Origin: Antedon mediterranea
Lineage: Eukaryota > Animalia > Echinodermata
Assembly (NCBI RefSeq): GCF_964355755.1
Contig: NC_092671.1
Location: 10,044,001-10,108,000, forward strand
DNA length: 64,000 nucleotides
Direction of reading: 5' to 3'
Position 1 is the first letter of the stretch, and each line of letters starts with the position of its first letter. The notes under the pieces are model-generated. The model saw only the letters and a program-made list of their open reading frames with translations. It did no database searches and was not told the origin of the DNA. The position numbers and the translations under genes are program-made. Of this stretch, positions 29,895-45,600 are shown one piece after another.

Positions 29895-31265
29895 GTAAGT
29901 AAAGCTGCATTCTTTTTGTTAATTTTACATTATGAATTGACTTATTTTCTGATCGTATAATGGTGATTTTGGAGAAGAAAAACATATTTAATGCAATTTG
30001 TAAGTACAGTACATTCATTCTATTCTAAGCATGCATACTGCTCTAGCTAGCTTATCTTAGCTCTCTGGTCTGGTTCTTTAACCTGATGTAGGTTGGTTGT
30101 AAAGTAGGCTGGCACCAGGCAGGCCTCGACTTGATTGATGTTACCGGATTAAAAGTGTTTTATCATCCCAAAAACAGTAAAAGACCTACTTTAATTCACT
30201 AAACTTGTACAGCAGGCATTGTTGAAACTAAAAACGTGTAAAAATTGCCTAGGCCTAGGCTAGGTGCTAAAAAACTATTGTATTGAAATTTAAGTAAGAT
30301 CAGCTCTCTCTAGGTCAGCATAAAGTCTGTTACCCGTCTTTATCGGCCAGAAAATAATTCATTGTTCCAATTTATGTCTGATTAACTAATTGATTATGCA
30401 TGCTTTGCCTGTTCAACTCAACTATGAAATTAATTTTCAGATAATTGAATAAAATGATTTACGCATGCAATATCAAGCTGTACCAATACTATAGTAATAT
30501 ATAAGTATATATTCAGTTACATGTCAAGTCTTGCACATCACACTTTTTTACTCAAGCGCTCGCGCCATACACCTAACCCTCGCTCTTTTTCACCAACTTT
30601 TTTTTATTCAAAAATGTGAAAATAAACTTGTTGTGGTATATTTCAACCCTGGAACATTTGCCCCAGTCGATTGAGACGTTTCATCTAAATTGTTTAGGTA
30701 CATCCAATGTAATTGTAACTACATATAATTGTTAGTATCCCACCATAGATTAAGTTTTATTAAATGTTTGTCATCTTAATTTTGTCATCTGAATATAACG
30801 GAGGTGTGGCATCTTCCTGTGTTTGTGCTAATATTGAATATCTTTAGTGACCTTATGTACCTGGCTTCAAATGACATTTCCTTTTCCCCACCTTGAATGG
30901 TATACTCAAAAACAACTTTTGATAAAGAAAACTTTTAATTGATTAGAGTAGTACTTAGATCATTTATATATCCAAAGGTCAAGTTGATTGAATCTGAGTT
31001 TAATTTCTTTGGCTTAGATGCTCTTTTAATTGAAACAATGGATGTAATGCAAGAGTAGGTAATTAGGTTTAATTAATCCTCTCCTTGACAATGAGTATGT
31101 GAAGTCAATTTTAAATTAGTATTGTGTATTTATATTGTGTCATGATTTTACCCTGAATTGTTACCAAGGTGCAGGAATCTAAATTCAATGCTATTTATTT
31201 TAAGGGCTACTCAGACATTGCTGGATGCGTATACATTAATCTTGGTTTACTCTACTTAATTCATA

Positions 31266-31429
31266 AAGCTCTGTCTACACTATCAAACTTTATGCGACAA
31301 AAAAATGTTATGTGCTCATATAATGGACATGATGATGTCATATCACTACCATATTTGGTAATATCACCACCATAATTGGGCATATCACACTTTTTTTGTC
31401 AAACTAGTTTGATAGTGTAGACAGAGCTT
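31266..31429. mobile_element. MITE, 164 bp, best-preserved copy of a family with 4 copies in the window
   Basis: Perfect 24-bp TIR AAGCTCTGTCTACACTATCAAACT, flanked by TA on both sides. Confidence 0.85.
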
Positions 31430-34400
31430 TATGGTACTACACAGACAAAAACATAAAAACATTATTGAATAGGGTAAATTAGAAACATTATTTATTAAAA
31501 TTAAAATAAATAATTCTATTATAGAAAGTATTTTTTTTAAACAAAGGTCATTGACTATATATGACAGATTGATCAATCACTTAGCTACCAGCAGTAAAAG
31601 CCTGTCATCAAATAATTTATCATCCCAAGGATTTAACAAATGATTCATTAACCAAAGACCTCTTCGATCTACCCATTTAAAAGATAGTGTTCCATCTGTT
31701 CCATCGGTAAATTAATAATCTAAATAAAGGTAGACATGTCAAACAAGTACAAGTGTGTTAAATATAGATGACAACAGATGGAGTAATAAAAGAGATTATA
31801 ATATAGAATGAACATATATAGTATGATAATTATAATTCTTTCATTCAACGTAATTATATTATATTGCTAGATTATTTTACATGTAAATTATATAATAATT
31901 CATATTTTTATATATGTGCTGCATTAGAATTTTACCTATATTATTAGCTAACTATATGCAGGGCCGTAACCACCAGTACCACTTTTTTTACAGGGGCCTT
32001 TGACAACCCAGTGACTTGAACAGGAATAGTTCCCTCTTCTTACGACAACCACACCACTTTTTTGTTGTTGTTTACATCACTGTTATCAAGTATAACAATA
32101 ATATAATAATAAATGGGTAATTTTGAGATATGTCATCTAAATGGTATAAGAATTAGTTGGAAGAGTCTTTAATATATCAATGCACAGACACTAATATGGT
32201 TCACTATGAAAATGTATGCTCTTAGTATTCTCATATATGTACATCATATAAATTAGTTTTATTTAGCAATTCTCAGACTTCATATAATAGTACAGTACTA
32301 ATAAATAGACAAAGGTTCCTTTCTCTCATTGATCCATTTGTTTACACAGCAAATAGTAGCTTATCTACCTAATAGTTATGATTTAATGATACATAATACA
32401 TTTATACCCTGCTGGCTATATTTGCATGTAAATTTATTACCATCATATGCAGTTAATAAATTACTATTTATATTATATTGCAACTGTGGGGAAATCCTGC
32501 TGGCATGTACAGTACCTATTTACTATTCATGGCATTTGAACCGGTTTACTTGTTCATTCTATTGTATTACAGAGCATAGATGAAGAAAAATAGAATGAAA
32601 TGTTCATGGTATATGTTCATGAATTATTGAAGAATAAGAAATAGATTATTATTTATTGACTGAAGAAAATATTGTGAGGTCTAGGTCTAGCCTACAGTAG
32701 CTAGTAGATGAAATTTGCCTGTAGGGAAAGGGATTTGTCCGAACACAAAAACGCCCACCCCTTGCTATAGGGCTTGCTAGGGTTATATTGATCAGATCTA
32801 GGGTGAGGTCCTCTCTTCCCGGGTACTGTATAACAATAACATTGATTTAGTAAAGTTCTGATTAAGAGATTACTTGAGTAGCATTAACAAAGGATATCCT
32901 AAAAAGGTTTAATGATTTTTTAAGCGCCAGTCACAGTCTGATGAGTATGATCACATGCGGCACAAGGGGGGCACAAGTAATCAAAGAACAAAAGCTTTAA
33001 TTGAAAATTTGTTTGGTTGTTAGTTTGGTTAAAACATACCCACAATCCATTTAGTTAGGATATTAACCTTAAAAGGAAACTTTTTGACAAGTTTTTGTAA
33101 AGGTTTCATGAAAAAAATTTGACTGTCATACACTACAGGTTGCTGGTTTGTGATAACAATAACAATTTGTTCAATACCTTAACAAGAATTAAACATATTA
33201 TGATATACAATGGAAAGGTATTTTTCTACAAATATATGGTAGATATGGTAGTTAAGTAATAAACCACCAATTGCCCATGTTGTTTGAACCTATTTCTTCT
33301 CTGAACTTACACAATAGTACTTGTACAGTATAAATAAAAATTACAAATGTGAGGTAAAAGAAATAAAAATGTGCGGTATTGTCCAATCACTAAATCTGTT
33401 TCTTTGAAGTATTGTACAAGTCATACTAATGGTGGTATACCACATTCCTTTTAAGAATTATCATATGACTGCTAAAAATGGTAAAATACCTTATTATTGG
33501 TATTGGTAAGTATAGAAAGAAATTGCACAGGACCAAATATTTTGCGAAATGCAGTGAGTGACAGTAGGCATACTATTTAATATTTCAACCACATTGAAGA
33601 CACAGATAAAGATTTATGATATCGATTTTCTTAAAATCAGGCATTGTCTGTTAGGATATAGGTATTGCAAAAGAAAATTCAGGATAACTTGAAAATTGTG
33701 GATGTTATCGCACAAACAATTTTAGATACAAAGCAACTAATTGGCAAACCCTATACATATTCTAACATCATTGAATATATGGCAAAGTACTGAATTAATT
33801 TCTTGAAAGTGATCATTGTGAAACAAAATAACTTTAAGCGGTAAACCCAACAAATCAAAGCTGCGATTTTACATCAAACAATTTTAATTGTTGTATGCTA
33901 GAAAATATAATTTAGTGCCAAAACACCGAAGGCACTAAATATTAGATCATTCTATATACAAGTAATTGTTTACATTATGATGCCTGAATTAACCCTGATG
34001 CTTGCATCATTTGATCGCGATCACAAAATGAACAAAATCTTGATCCTTCTCCAATTAGTGTTCGTAAACGGATGAAAGGGGTTACCGATGCAAACTGATG
34101 AAAGCGAAGAACAAAGGAGGAAAAGTTCAGTAACCTGATACTCTTATTAAAAGATTAAGTGTTGTATGAAATCGAACATGCAATATAACACCTTGTATTT
34201 TACCCATGCTAAATATTCAATGATATTATACAACTATTAGGCTACCACAATCATTGAGGGTAAAAAGAACTGGACAGTGACCGAACACTATCATTTTGAT
34301 GGTACAGGGTACACAGTAGAACTACCCTTATGCAACTGTAGGCCTATCACATTCAAGGTAAAAAGAACTGGACAGTGACTGAACATGGTATATAGTAGAA

Positions 34401-37400
34401 CCACCTCTCACTTTACCCTATTAATTAAGGGTACTTTCTCCCATAAAGCAATGAGGGGCTAAATATATTCAACACTATGCTCAAACCCTATCAACGGAAC
34501 ACTTTGTTGGATCCTACTGTCTGTATTTATTTAACTTAAGGTTCAAAATTGCACCTACTTTTGAAAGTTATTGAATCACCCTTCTTACAGTCCTAAACAT
34601 TCAAAATAAAGTATGTCAATAATAATATTTATTTAATTTCCTCCATGGTATTAATGTATTTAAGCTCATGTGTGAAGGTATAAAGTTATATCCCATTGTG
34701 CGTAATGTTTCTTTTTTATCCACATTTAGATTAAATTCCAAATTAAATATTTACTATCGTTGCTTATCGTCTAATCTGATCTAAGTAAAAGAATTTAATA
34801 CTTTGTAAATGTAAATAAAAATGGACACGCCATAGGAGAACAAATCCTTTACCTGCAATAACCTGTGATTATATTTTATAGCTCAAGGCACTTTGAGGTT
34901 TTCATATAAAATTCTCATCATTTCCAATTTATCTTAATTATTCATCAATGCTATTTTGTGTAACTAAGGAAAATCCATGATCTAATTAGGACACATTAGA
35001 TTTCCTTGGGAAAGGTTTACTATTAGGCTTTCATTGTGGACAACTGAGTCTAATGACATCATGATTACTCAACCAATCAGAATGACCGATTTGCGTGGGA
35101 AGGTGTAACATATCAGATTGTTAGATGGTAAAGTGTGTCATTTGAAGTATTGTAACCCAATGGGATTGTTGTGTGGTGGAGATAGGTACAATAATAAGTG
35201 GTATTATAACCCAGTGTTTATATTATTGATGATATTCAAGAATCAGATATTTAACTGTGTAGTGTGTTACAGGTAAGATATTGTTACATCATTTATATAG
35301 TATTACAGGTAAATGTAAGATATATTATTGCTTATTTAATTACCAATGATTATTGGCAGAGTTTAGAATTGATACTTTCAAGTCACAGTGCAAATAAAGC
35401 AGTGACTTAGAACATAGCAGATAGCTTACTTGAGTACTTCAGTTAGCTAAATAATAAACATAATTAAGTTACTATAGCAACTATGACATTTATGCATTAT
35501 TATAATAATAGAAAGATGCTGACAGCGGCAATAAAGATAATGTCTAGGTACGGCATGATTAATTCTTAAGCTGATGTTAATGTAGCGTTGAATCGCTTTT
35601 TTTTCTACTGAACATTATATGACTCATTTTAAATTTTAGGTAAAAAAAAGTATGTTGAATATATTTGTTATTCCATGCAAAATATGAATATGGAAATACT
35701 ACTATACATTAATATGAAGATATATAGCCATATTTTATTGTAGCCTTATGTGTTCATGCTTGCATTTTGCATTTTAATATGCATGGTGTTATTTATGTAC
35801 AAATTAGAATATGTGGGTTTATCTTATGTATTTTATTGTTTATTATAACCTGACTTTTATAAACATAACTATATTATTCTGACATTACAGTACAGTACAG
35901 GGCATTACTATAATCTTCAGTCTTGCTATCTTAAAAAGCTATGTTTGATTTATATAATATACTATACTGTGTGCAGTACTATAGCAATTTTAACTTCTGA
36001 GAAAGTAAAACAAAAAGACCTTGCTATGTCTGTCAGCATGTAATTCAACAGAGTTGACTGCTGTTTAGTTTATTTCAAAAGTACATAGACCTGCCTCCAG
36101 TTATTAGTGTTATACTTTGTTTTATACAGAAAGAGGAATGTAACCCTACTGCCTATTGTACATGAAAGTACTTTTTTTGTAGTGGAATTTGATTCAGAGT
36201 ACTGTATTGATGATTAATTAATAATAAAATTGAACTAAAACATTATGTGAGTTTAAAGTTGACCTAAATTCATAATATTGTTACATCATTCCTGCTACTA
36301 CTAGGGTTCTAGATGGCGATTCAGCTTATTATTCGTAAAAGAAAAACATTTTTGGCATACATGGTGTGTCATAAGCATTAGAATCACTGGTGGTGCTAGT
36401 AATAAGAAGGAAAGTCTGTATACCAAGGCATTATTTATTTGAATGCGCAAGCAATACAGGTGTTTAACATACAGCAACTGTACTGTAAAATTGAATCCAT
36501 TGAAGGTTTGATCCATAGATTTATAGATAAGTCTGCTGATGTAATTCTTTTACTTGCTGTCAAAATAGTTTAGTACTTCTAATACATTTGAAGGTTTTAT
36601 ATTGATAAACGACATGACAATAAAAAAGAAATACTCTAGATAGAATGTAATACTTAATAGTATAAAAAGATGAGATATGAAATATTATTGTAAGAAATCC
36701 TTCCATTTAATTTTATCTAAAATGTCAAGGAAAAATAATTAATTCTAATAATAATAGGCCCTATGTAGTATCAATGAAATAATAGTAATTGCGTAGGTTT
36801 GTAACTGTCTAATCTAAAGATATTGAACTCATAATATTTTGGAGTAATCTGTAAAAAAAATATATAAATCCAAAGGCAAATTACTGAAAAAATGACAATG
36901 CTGTGGGTATCAATGTGGAGATACAAAAAAAGAAGCGAAAAGCTAAATCAAAACGATAAAGTAAAACAGCCAGAGAAGTTAGCAGAGCTTTCGGGCAACA
37001 CTAGCCCATACAAATATATATATCTCAACTACAGTAATGGCAATTTTCAATACAACTTTTAGACATGGATGGAATACCTAAGTCTACACCATGCTGTAGC
37101 TTAATTACACATAATTATATTTTCATGAATATTATATCCCAAATGTAGGTACAATCCTTTTGTTAATACTGCAGGTTAGTTTTTCTGATGAGGTGAACCA
37201 CACCAGACGATTCTAATAAAATTTGTTATTGTATCAAACAAAGATATTTAAATAATAATTTTCTACTAATGCATTCACTTAGTTGAGAACTTGGTACTGA
37301 CAATTGTTTGATAATTGCTAACCCCACTGTCAATTGTGGCTTAAAAATTGTATGTAAAGTTTTACAATGTCTATTATCAACTATGAATGTATTTTTATCT

Positions 37401-40400
37401 CAATAAAAATCAACAGTTATACTTCATTGGGTTTTTAAAAAGTTCACAAAATTAAAAAAAACTGTTTGGTCCAAAGTGTACTACGAAGTAGTGATACTAA
37501 GTTTAGTATACTGTAGTACAAAGGTAACAATTCATCACAATAGTTTTGTAATCTTTCAGTATTTATTTTAACAGACATTAATATTTATTTTAACAGACAG
37601 ACATGATGCATGCTAATGTCAACATTGTGTAATACTGTACATCAGAATATTGCATCAACTGTTTCACTTTTGTGAAAAAAGAACTTGCTAAATAGTATGT
37701 GATTAGAGTAAGCAACACAAACTAATATACTGTATAATTCATAATCATATGATCTGGGTGCACAATTTATCTGCTATGGTAAATAATGGTTATTTGTTTG
37801 ACCTTTGGGGTGAGACTAATTACTTGGGAGCAAAATCTAGCATAAAAACTTAAAATAGGCCTATTCTTGATATTATTTAGAAGAAACCACTTGCAAACAA
37901 AGAAAACTGTACAAAAATATACTGTATTTACGTCAAAAGTGCATTTCCTATCAAATTTGAGTGGTAATACTTGTTTTGTCTGTAACCTTGAAACTGTGGG
38001 ATAATTATCAAGGTGTTTTGGTCATAATCTATTAGAAGCTAAATAATTAATTTTAAACAATAAATTGACTTTTAAACTATAAAAGTAATCTGTTGTAAAG
38101 CAATTTTATATATTTTTATTTTTATCTGCATTTATTCACTTAAAATTTATTCCAGATAAGTAGTGAACCATGTCTGACCCGTTGACAGGGCTTGCTCTCA
38201 CTAGTCGACCCCAGGTTGTAAATTTCGTTCAAAGATGAGATGATTCTCAATTACTCATGTCTCCTGACAAATTCCCTGAGGTATTTATGGATCAAAAACA
38301 TCCAGAAAAAGTATTTTTGTGGAAATGTAAAAAGGAAATTATAACATAATGTAATGTGGTAAAAACATATGCTGTTGTCTAGACTTATGGCCACCAATTA
38401 TCCCACTCAAAAAGAAATCAACAACAAAGTTAATATTTGTTATGAAATACTATACAAAAACAAACTATGTATTTGATGAAGTAAAACAATTTATGTATTT
38501 ATAATGTCAATTAAAAATATGTACATATACAGTATGTATATTTGTTTGACGTCTGTGAAAGAGTAGTGTATTTTTTTATTTACAATAAATACAAATATTT
38601 TAGTTTGTACTGTACTGTAAAACACTAAATAAATGAAAACAAATTTTGGACAACTACAATTGAGAAAACAAAATTAGCGCCAAGTTCATGCTTTTCTAAT
38701 GAAACCAAAATACAGTAAATTAGTTTGAATTATAAATCCAACTCTGAATTTGATGATTTATCTTAAAAATTGTCATTTTTAATATTTACTTCCACCGAAG
38801 TAATTAATGTGAGCCCATGGTCCAAAGAAAATGAGTTCAAATATTTTCCCACATATTCCTAAGCATCGCTCTACTTAACCTACTATCCAGTAGGAATAAG
38901 TATCAGAGCCAAGAATAAGCAATTTTTCTACATTTAATTATCATATTAATACTTAATTTGGTAAAGTTATTCCCTAATCAGTTTAGCTTCAATGATAAGC
39001 TGTGCTGATGTTTAGACCTTAGGTCTATTCTCAGTTGAGTTAATTACGAATTCTACTTAAGATGTCTGTATAATTTTATGATTGTCATCTTGTCAACATA
39101 GTAAGTCGGAGAAATACATTGATTATTGAAAATGATGATAATGATGGTGATTCTAATTTGTGATTAATAATTAAGATATTAATAATACAATAGGTATGTC
39201 ATTTTCCAAAGTGTAAACTTATGGCTATGTGGAAGATAGTATATTTGTTTCCATTTATTCAACACAATTCCCCTGAATTTGTTTTACAATTACTGTATTT
39301 AATGCTATCAACTAAATTAGTATAGCACCCACTGCTTATAAGCTCAAATCCAATCTTATCCATCTTATTAGTGGTCTAGTAGTATGAACACCAGGTTAGT
39401 GAGTGATCTTAGGTTGCAGGTTCGATTCATATATTACTTAATTTAAAGTATTTTCTTAAATGTATCAAGTACTGTACTGTATGGTACAAATAACGTCACA
39501 CTTAATTGTCATTAATAATACTTCTAGGTTCATGATGATGTCATAAATATCCAACATTGATATGAAAAACAGGTAGTCATGTTTATGGTATGCCTAAAGA
39601 AAGTCCTAATTTAAGAAACATTGTATTGTAAATTAATTGCGATAATAAAGATAGTTGTTGTTACATTTGTTGTTGAATCATCGTACTTCAATGGTTGGGG
39701 AATTTGTATGCCAAAATGTAAATAAAGACAATTGTTGTTGGTGACAATGACAATGATAGAATTTCTCAATTCTAGGTCATTAAATTTATCATGTCCTCCT
39801 TTGCTATCAGTTCCAATAAATAAAACGTGTACATGAAGTCCTGAGAGTTTCCTCTCTTGGTAAACCAGGACACAAACAGGACAGTGGACTACTGTAGGTT
39901 GTAACGTACCCACTGTGTTAACTCTAACCACAAATTACTTATATCAGGCTGAGTAATATAGATCATTAATCAATTTGAAGATTTCTGAGTAACCATTATA
40001 AAGAACAATTATTAAGAGATCATCTGAATTTCAAATTTACCTCAACTAGTACAATAACACTGCAGTAGTTACATCTTTATTTATTCCAATTCCTATTTTG
40101 GTTTAATTTGGTTTACATTCATTTGTTTATATTTCATTTTTTGACAGAATTTGATAGATAAGGAATACAAATGGTTCTGTGAAACAAGCTGATTATACAA
40201 ACTGATTACATTCATAATTAAAAATAATCAATAGGTAATTTTAAGGAAATTAGTTACCTCTGACCACACCTACTGCACCTCACAAATCAGTTTGAACAGA
40301 CACATCATTGCCTGTTTTGTTTTTTTATGAATAGTGGATCTACACAAACTATTCAGATAACATGTCTTGATTTTAGAATTAATTAAATGCAAAATGCTTT

Positions 40401-42688
40401 TCTGCTTCACTATTAAAAACAGGAATAACATTAATATGATTAAAATTTATATTTATCTTAAAAGATATTAATTATTAGAACCTATGATATCTGTAGAATA
40501 TAAAACTCATTACTGAATTACTCATGCATTCAATGATTTTTCTCTATAGAATATTATAATAATAATAATTGTGTCTACATAATATTGTGTTTTTATCGTC
40601 TAGTTCTATACTTCATTGCTTTTTGTTATTCATTACAACTCACTTGAAATGCATTTGAGTTGAAAAGTAACTAGATGGTCCATTTCTTCTCAGAGGTCAT
40701 TCATCAAAGACAGGGTTTATATTGTAGCAAATAGGCCTACAAGTCTATTTGGTCCTGGAGATGTTCCCTAAAATAGGGTATCACTGTATGCAATTGTTGT
40801 TGGTGGTTAAAAGAAAAAAGATTACATAAGAAATATTATAGTTTGGTAAATTATTAAAGCTATTTGTAATATTTTGGAGATGTTTTTTCTTATTATAGTA
40901 AATGATTTTTTTAATGAAAGTCCAGTCTTGTTCAATATGCAAAGCATGTTGCTTGATTGATGCTTTTGGCAGTTTTCAAATTGTGTTCAGACAATATTGC
41001 TGAAGATTATATTTCAAGTGGTCGTCTGAAGAATATTAGATAGGCAATCTAGAGATTTCTCATCTTCAAGATGTCTGCATCTTACATTAGGCAATATAAG
41101 TATGCGCGCTAAGCATCCATTAGTATCTGTGTTTGACATTTGTAAATCATGATTTAGTTTGATGTAAATTGATGTGGTTCACTCATGTACTTTTGTTAAT
41201 TACTATCTAGTATCCAATCACTGTAAGAACTGTTCGAAAGAAGTATACAGTACCAGAATCTGTTCTCATCTACCGCTACTAGTAGTAGATAGTATGGACA
41301 TTTGGAAATATCAAAAATGATATTGGTTGGCCTGAGGAAATAACAATCCTCAAAGACAAAATGCAATGACAAAAGCTCAACACAAGTAATTTGACCAATC
41401 ACAAACTATGGATTATTATTTGAACTGTCACTTGTCATTGGTCAACTCGCTTTATATGTTGTGCTTTCATTACATCATAGTATGAACCATAGCTTAAACA
41501 AGATCGAGTGGCAGGATGAGAATCCGCTATGATGTCACTGCTTTAAAAATTGTATTTAGTACCTGAGCACTGAGTTACTTGTATCAGCATGCTTTCTTAA
41601 TTAACGAAGATGCGCAAATAATTATGTATCAATTTCCCGATAATGTCAACGCTAAATGAGCATGATAGCCTTTAACTTGCTGACCTAACGTTATACTTTT
41701 ACTGATTACTCATTTTCTGATTTCTCACCACATCGTTCATCACAGTAGTTGGTAAGGTTCAACTTTGTACATAATGTGTCATATACAGCAAATAATAGCA
41801 GCAAATTCTTTTAGTAAAAATGTCGTAGTAATGTATTTAATTATTTAATTTAAAGTTTAGAAGCATAGAGAAACTCCAAACTGCCCAGTAATGTTTTGGA
41901 AAATAATTTATAAACGGTGAAATTTTGAAAAAGCTACTGTACCTCAACTGAGATGCGAGCCCAAAATTGTCCTCTTTATGCAGATATCCTACCATTAGAC
42001 CACTGAAGTGTTCATGTTATAGTTCAAATTCTTAGACACCCTCCTTGCATGTATTAATTTAATTGAGTATCAGAACTGTAAATATTTGTGAATTGTATTT
42101 TATGTCAGCATAATTTAATATAAATAGAGCAATGTTTTATGTAAATTATAGACATTATGTATTCTTATGAGAGGGACTGAATGAGCTTGCAATTGCCATT
42201 TTAATTCCTTTCTGATTGTTTCAAAATGAGATTCATTTATCGTTCATCTTATTCACACATCTTATTATTACCTCATCCAGGTCTGTGATGTAATTGGTCG
42301 GCTCTGTCGTATTCATCTAAAACCATAGCAACATCCATTAGGATCATTGGAAAGCTTGTCAAGTTGTTAATCCGTTTCAATCTGAGAATGCTACTTGTAA
42401 AGAGGTGAAACCTGATGGTAAAACATTTAAAATAGGGGAATTAAAGACATTAACAGCATTGCAGTTTCTTGGTTAAGATAAACTTTACAGTATAAAACAA
42501 TTCACCATAAGAAGATTGTGCATTTCAGAGAACGAGGATAATTAAGACCGAAGTTTGTTTAGAGGCTCAAAAACCATCCTACGTCTGCTGTTTACCAATA
42601 GTTGTTTTTGACCAGAAAAATAAACATTTACATTTAACATCTCAGTGAAGAAGACACTTTCATCTATCATCCAGTATCAAAAGCAATT

Positions 42689-45600
42689 ATGTGTTTTGTA
42701 ATCGTAACATCCCGATCATTGTTATGGTCACTGCTAAGCATAGCAGTCACATTGGGACATTTGATCGCTCTTGCGCAGCCTTATTGGTTGATTGGAGAAC
42801 CTCGTAACAAATACATTGGTGATCATTCCAACCCTGACGTATCGGAAGAACTTTGGAGCCCTTCTATTGGGATTTTTAGTAGCTGTCGACAATTAACTCG
42901 GTTTTCACAAGAAAGTCGTGGATTATCAGATTCTATTTTATGTACAACATACGCAAGAAGTTTTGGGGAAATTGCAAATGGATATTGGAAGGCGTCTGTA
43001 GTGTTTTATGCATTTGGTTTTCTGATTTTAAGTTTTGTTTTTTGTGTGGCCTTTATTAGTTTATGTAAACGCAGCATTTGTCATAAAAGTATTTTCACAG
43101 TTTCTGGATTTTTACAAGCTGTTGCAGGTAAGCCTTATTTTTTATTTTTTTATTTATAAATCTTTCAATATTACATTTATGAATCATTAATTAATGAGTG
43201 TACTTGTTTCTGGTAATATTTGTTTTTTTTAATGCTTTTTTATGTTTGTTTATTTTTACACAAAAAACATACATTTTATTTTTTTTAAATGTACTTTTTT
43301 TGTTTCAGTATTTTATCCATTTATACATTTGATTGTAGACATTTTGAATTTATAAATAGCAAACACTGCTTTACAATAACAAAATACATCAACCACTATG
43401 GAGACAAAGGCTTAATTAGTGAGAGTGTTAAAAAAAGTCCAGTTCACCTTTAATATTGTGTCAATATTTTGATGATGTTGAGTAGTGTGTTGACATGAAT
43501 TGTAAAGATATACCCTTGAACTTCTTAATGAGTTCATGTTGTACAGTAGTCTGTCATTCTCAAAATCTCAATGAAACAGCTTTATGGTACCAGAGTAAAT
43601 ATCCTATGGTTATCCTCACACCAAAGCCTAGAAAAACTGTTCAAACAACCTCATACCTGCCTAGGGGTTCGCCTTATCTCTTGCCCTAGGTGTCCTGTAA
43701 ATAGCCTCATACCATACATATGCTACTGTACAATTCAGTTTTCCGGTCACACTAGTTAATTAATTGTGATAATTTTCTTCAAATAGTATGATTGTATTAA
43801 TTTGTTGAGGTAAAATTTTTATTTTTTTCTGTTCATTAATACAAGACATGTTTTTCTGCATTGGTCAACTTCTTGTGAGTTATGTGATATTTTGATTGCA
43901 TATTGAGTAGACTACAGTTTCTCAGTGTGTTTAAATAATAGATGTTGATGTATACTTTTTCCCATGATGGTAAAGACTGGTTTCGAACAGCAGCTCATGT
44001 TACACTGCATCGTTGTATGTTTTATGGCAGTCGTACAGAATTTATATTGCTGTACATAACTTATATTGCTTTGCTGTAATTTAATACACATGATAAGCAG
44101 TGGCCAATACCAGTTGCTATCTTACGTTTGTTACAATTTTTATTTATGAAACATTTTATTATGGAAAATATGTACATTTTAACAGAAAAATGTAAATTGG
44201 ATTGCAAGAAGGTGGTAGAGCATCGGTTGTGGTTTGGTGATTGATTGATTGAAATATATATTTATACTGGGTAACCTCTTCAGTCAAAGACTGGTCTCCC
44301 AGAGGGCCCAGTTGGTGATCAGTGGCTGTGATGTACTAATACACCGGGGTAACCCCCCTACTCGTCTCGAAAGATGTACTAGGTTCTTTAAAGTGCACAC
44401 GAGCTAGATGTGTACACTGGACCTACGGTTTATAGTCCTTATCCGAGAAGACTCGTTCTACCACCAGAACCATGGAGTGAGTGAGCCTCGAACCCATGCC
44501 GATGTTATGGCTACGTAATTACGGTTCCACTGTCTTTTTATTTATGAAACATTTTATTATGGAAAATATGTACATTTTAACAGAAAAATGTAAATTGGAT
44601 TGCAAGAAGGTGGTAGAGCATCGGTTGTGGTTTGGTGGTTTCTGGTGGGTGATAGTACTAGTGGTGGTTTTGTTAGCAGGTGTGGATTTTTTAAAGTGGG
44701 TGGGTGGGAAGGGGGGTAGAGGAGAGGAGGTGCACAATCATAATAAATTTTTAACAAGGATGAGTGTGGATCACTAGAAACATTGGTTGTGGTTGTAGCA
44801 TTGGTAGTGGTACTATAGTAGTAGAATTTCAATTCAATTCAATAAACTTTATTGTCAAACTCATGAATGGCTTGAAACTTTGGCTGAAAGTACACACATT
44901 AAAACATAGTCGCACAAACAGTAAAAAAAGTATCAAATCACAAAAAAAACGAGAACAAGATGTTATAATGATAATTGATGGTGGTATTGGACCACTGGTC
45001 AGTAAAATACTGTAAAACTAAGATTAGTGATTCATAGAGCTATGGATGGGATATGTGAAATTGAGCCCTTTTTCCTTTTATGTTGTCCCTGGTCAGCAGG
45101 TCAGTAGAACAGGTGCCATAATAGTTATTATGGAGATTAGTGACATTTGAAAATACACAAAAAGACAGAGGAAGTAGTATAGTTACAAAATAATTAAACA
45201 CAGAGGATAGGGTGACCAGGGAGGTTCAAGGGTAGAAGTACCAGATTCACTCATGCATCATTAGAAATGCGCTATTCACTTAAAAGAATCAACATTGATA
45301 CAGAGACACTGTGATCCTATTGAGAAGGAAGGCCGGAAGGTAGAACAACAAGAAACTGTCGCTAGACAGGTAAACAAAAGGGCGAGGATCAGTGTCTTGT
45401 GTAAAACAAAAGAGAAGACTTATAGTGGAACCAAACCTGACCCAAATGGGTGAATACTAATGGATTTGTGACCTGGGTCACTATGGAGTTGAGTCATTAA
45501 ATGATTTAACGACTGGCTTAGTAATTACCTCCAGGTATACAAATCTTATTTTCTTTTGTGGTGCTTTAAGTGCAAGACTATGGAGAAATAAATTATTATT

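Noticed and set aside
34964-35012. Hairpin resembling a pre-miRNA (aaggaaaatc...gatttcctt)
   Set aside because: The stem is short and irregular with no recognisable mature miRNA.
42630-42660. Possible iron-responsive element (CAGTGA loop) in the LHFPL2 5' UTR
   Set aside because: The upper stem has a mismatch and lacks the bulged C; proximity to ACO1 is irrelevant to IRE function.
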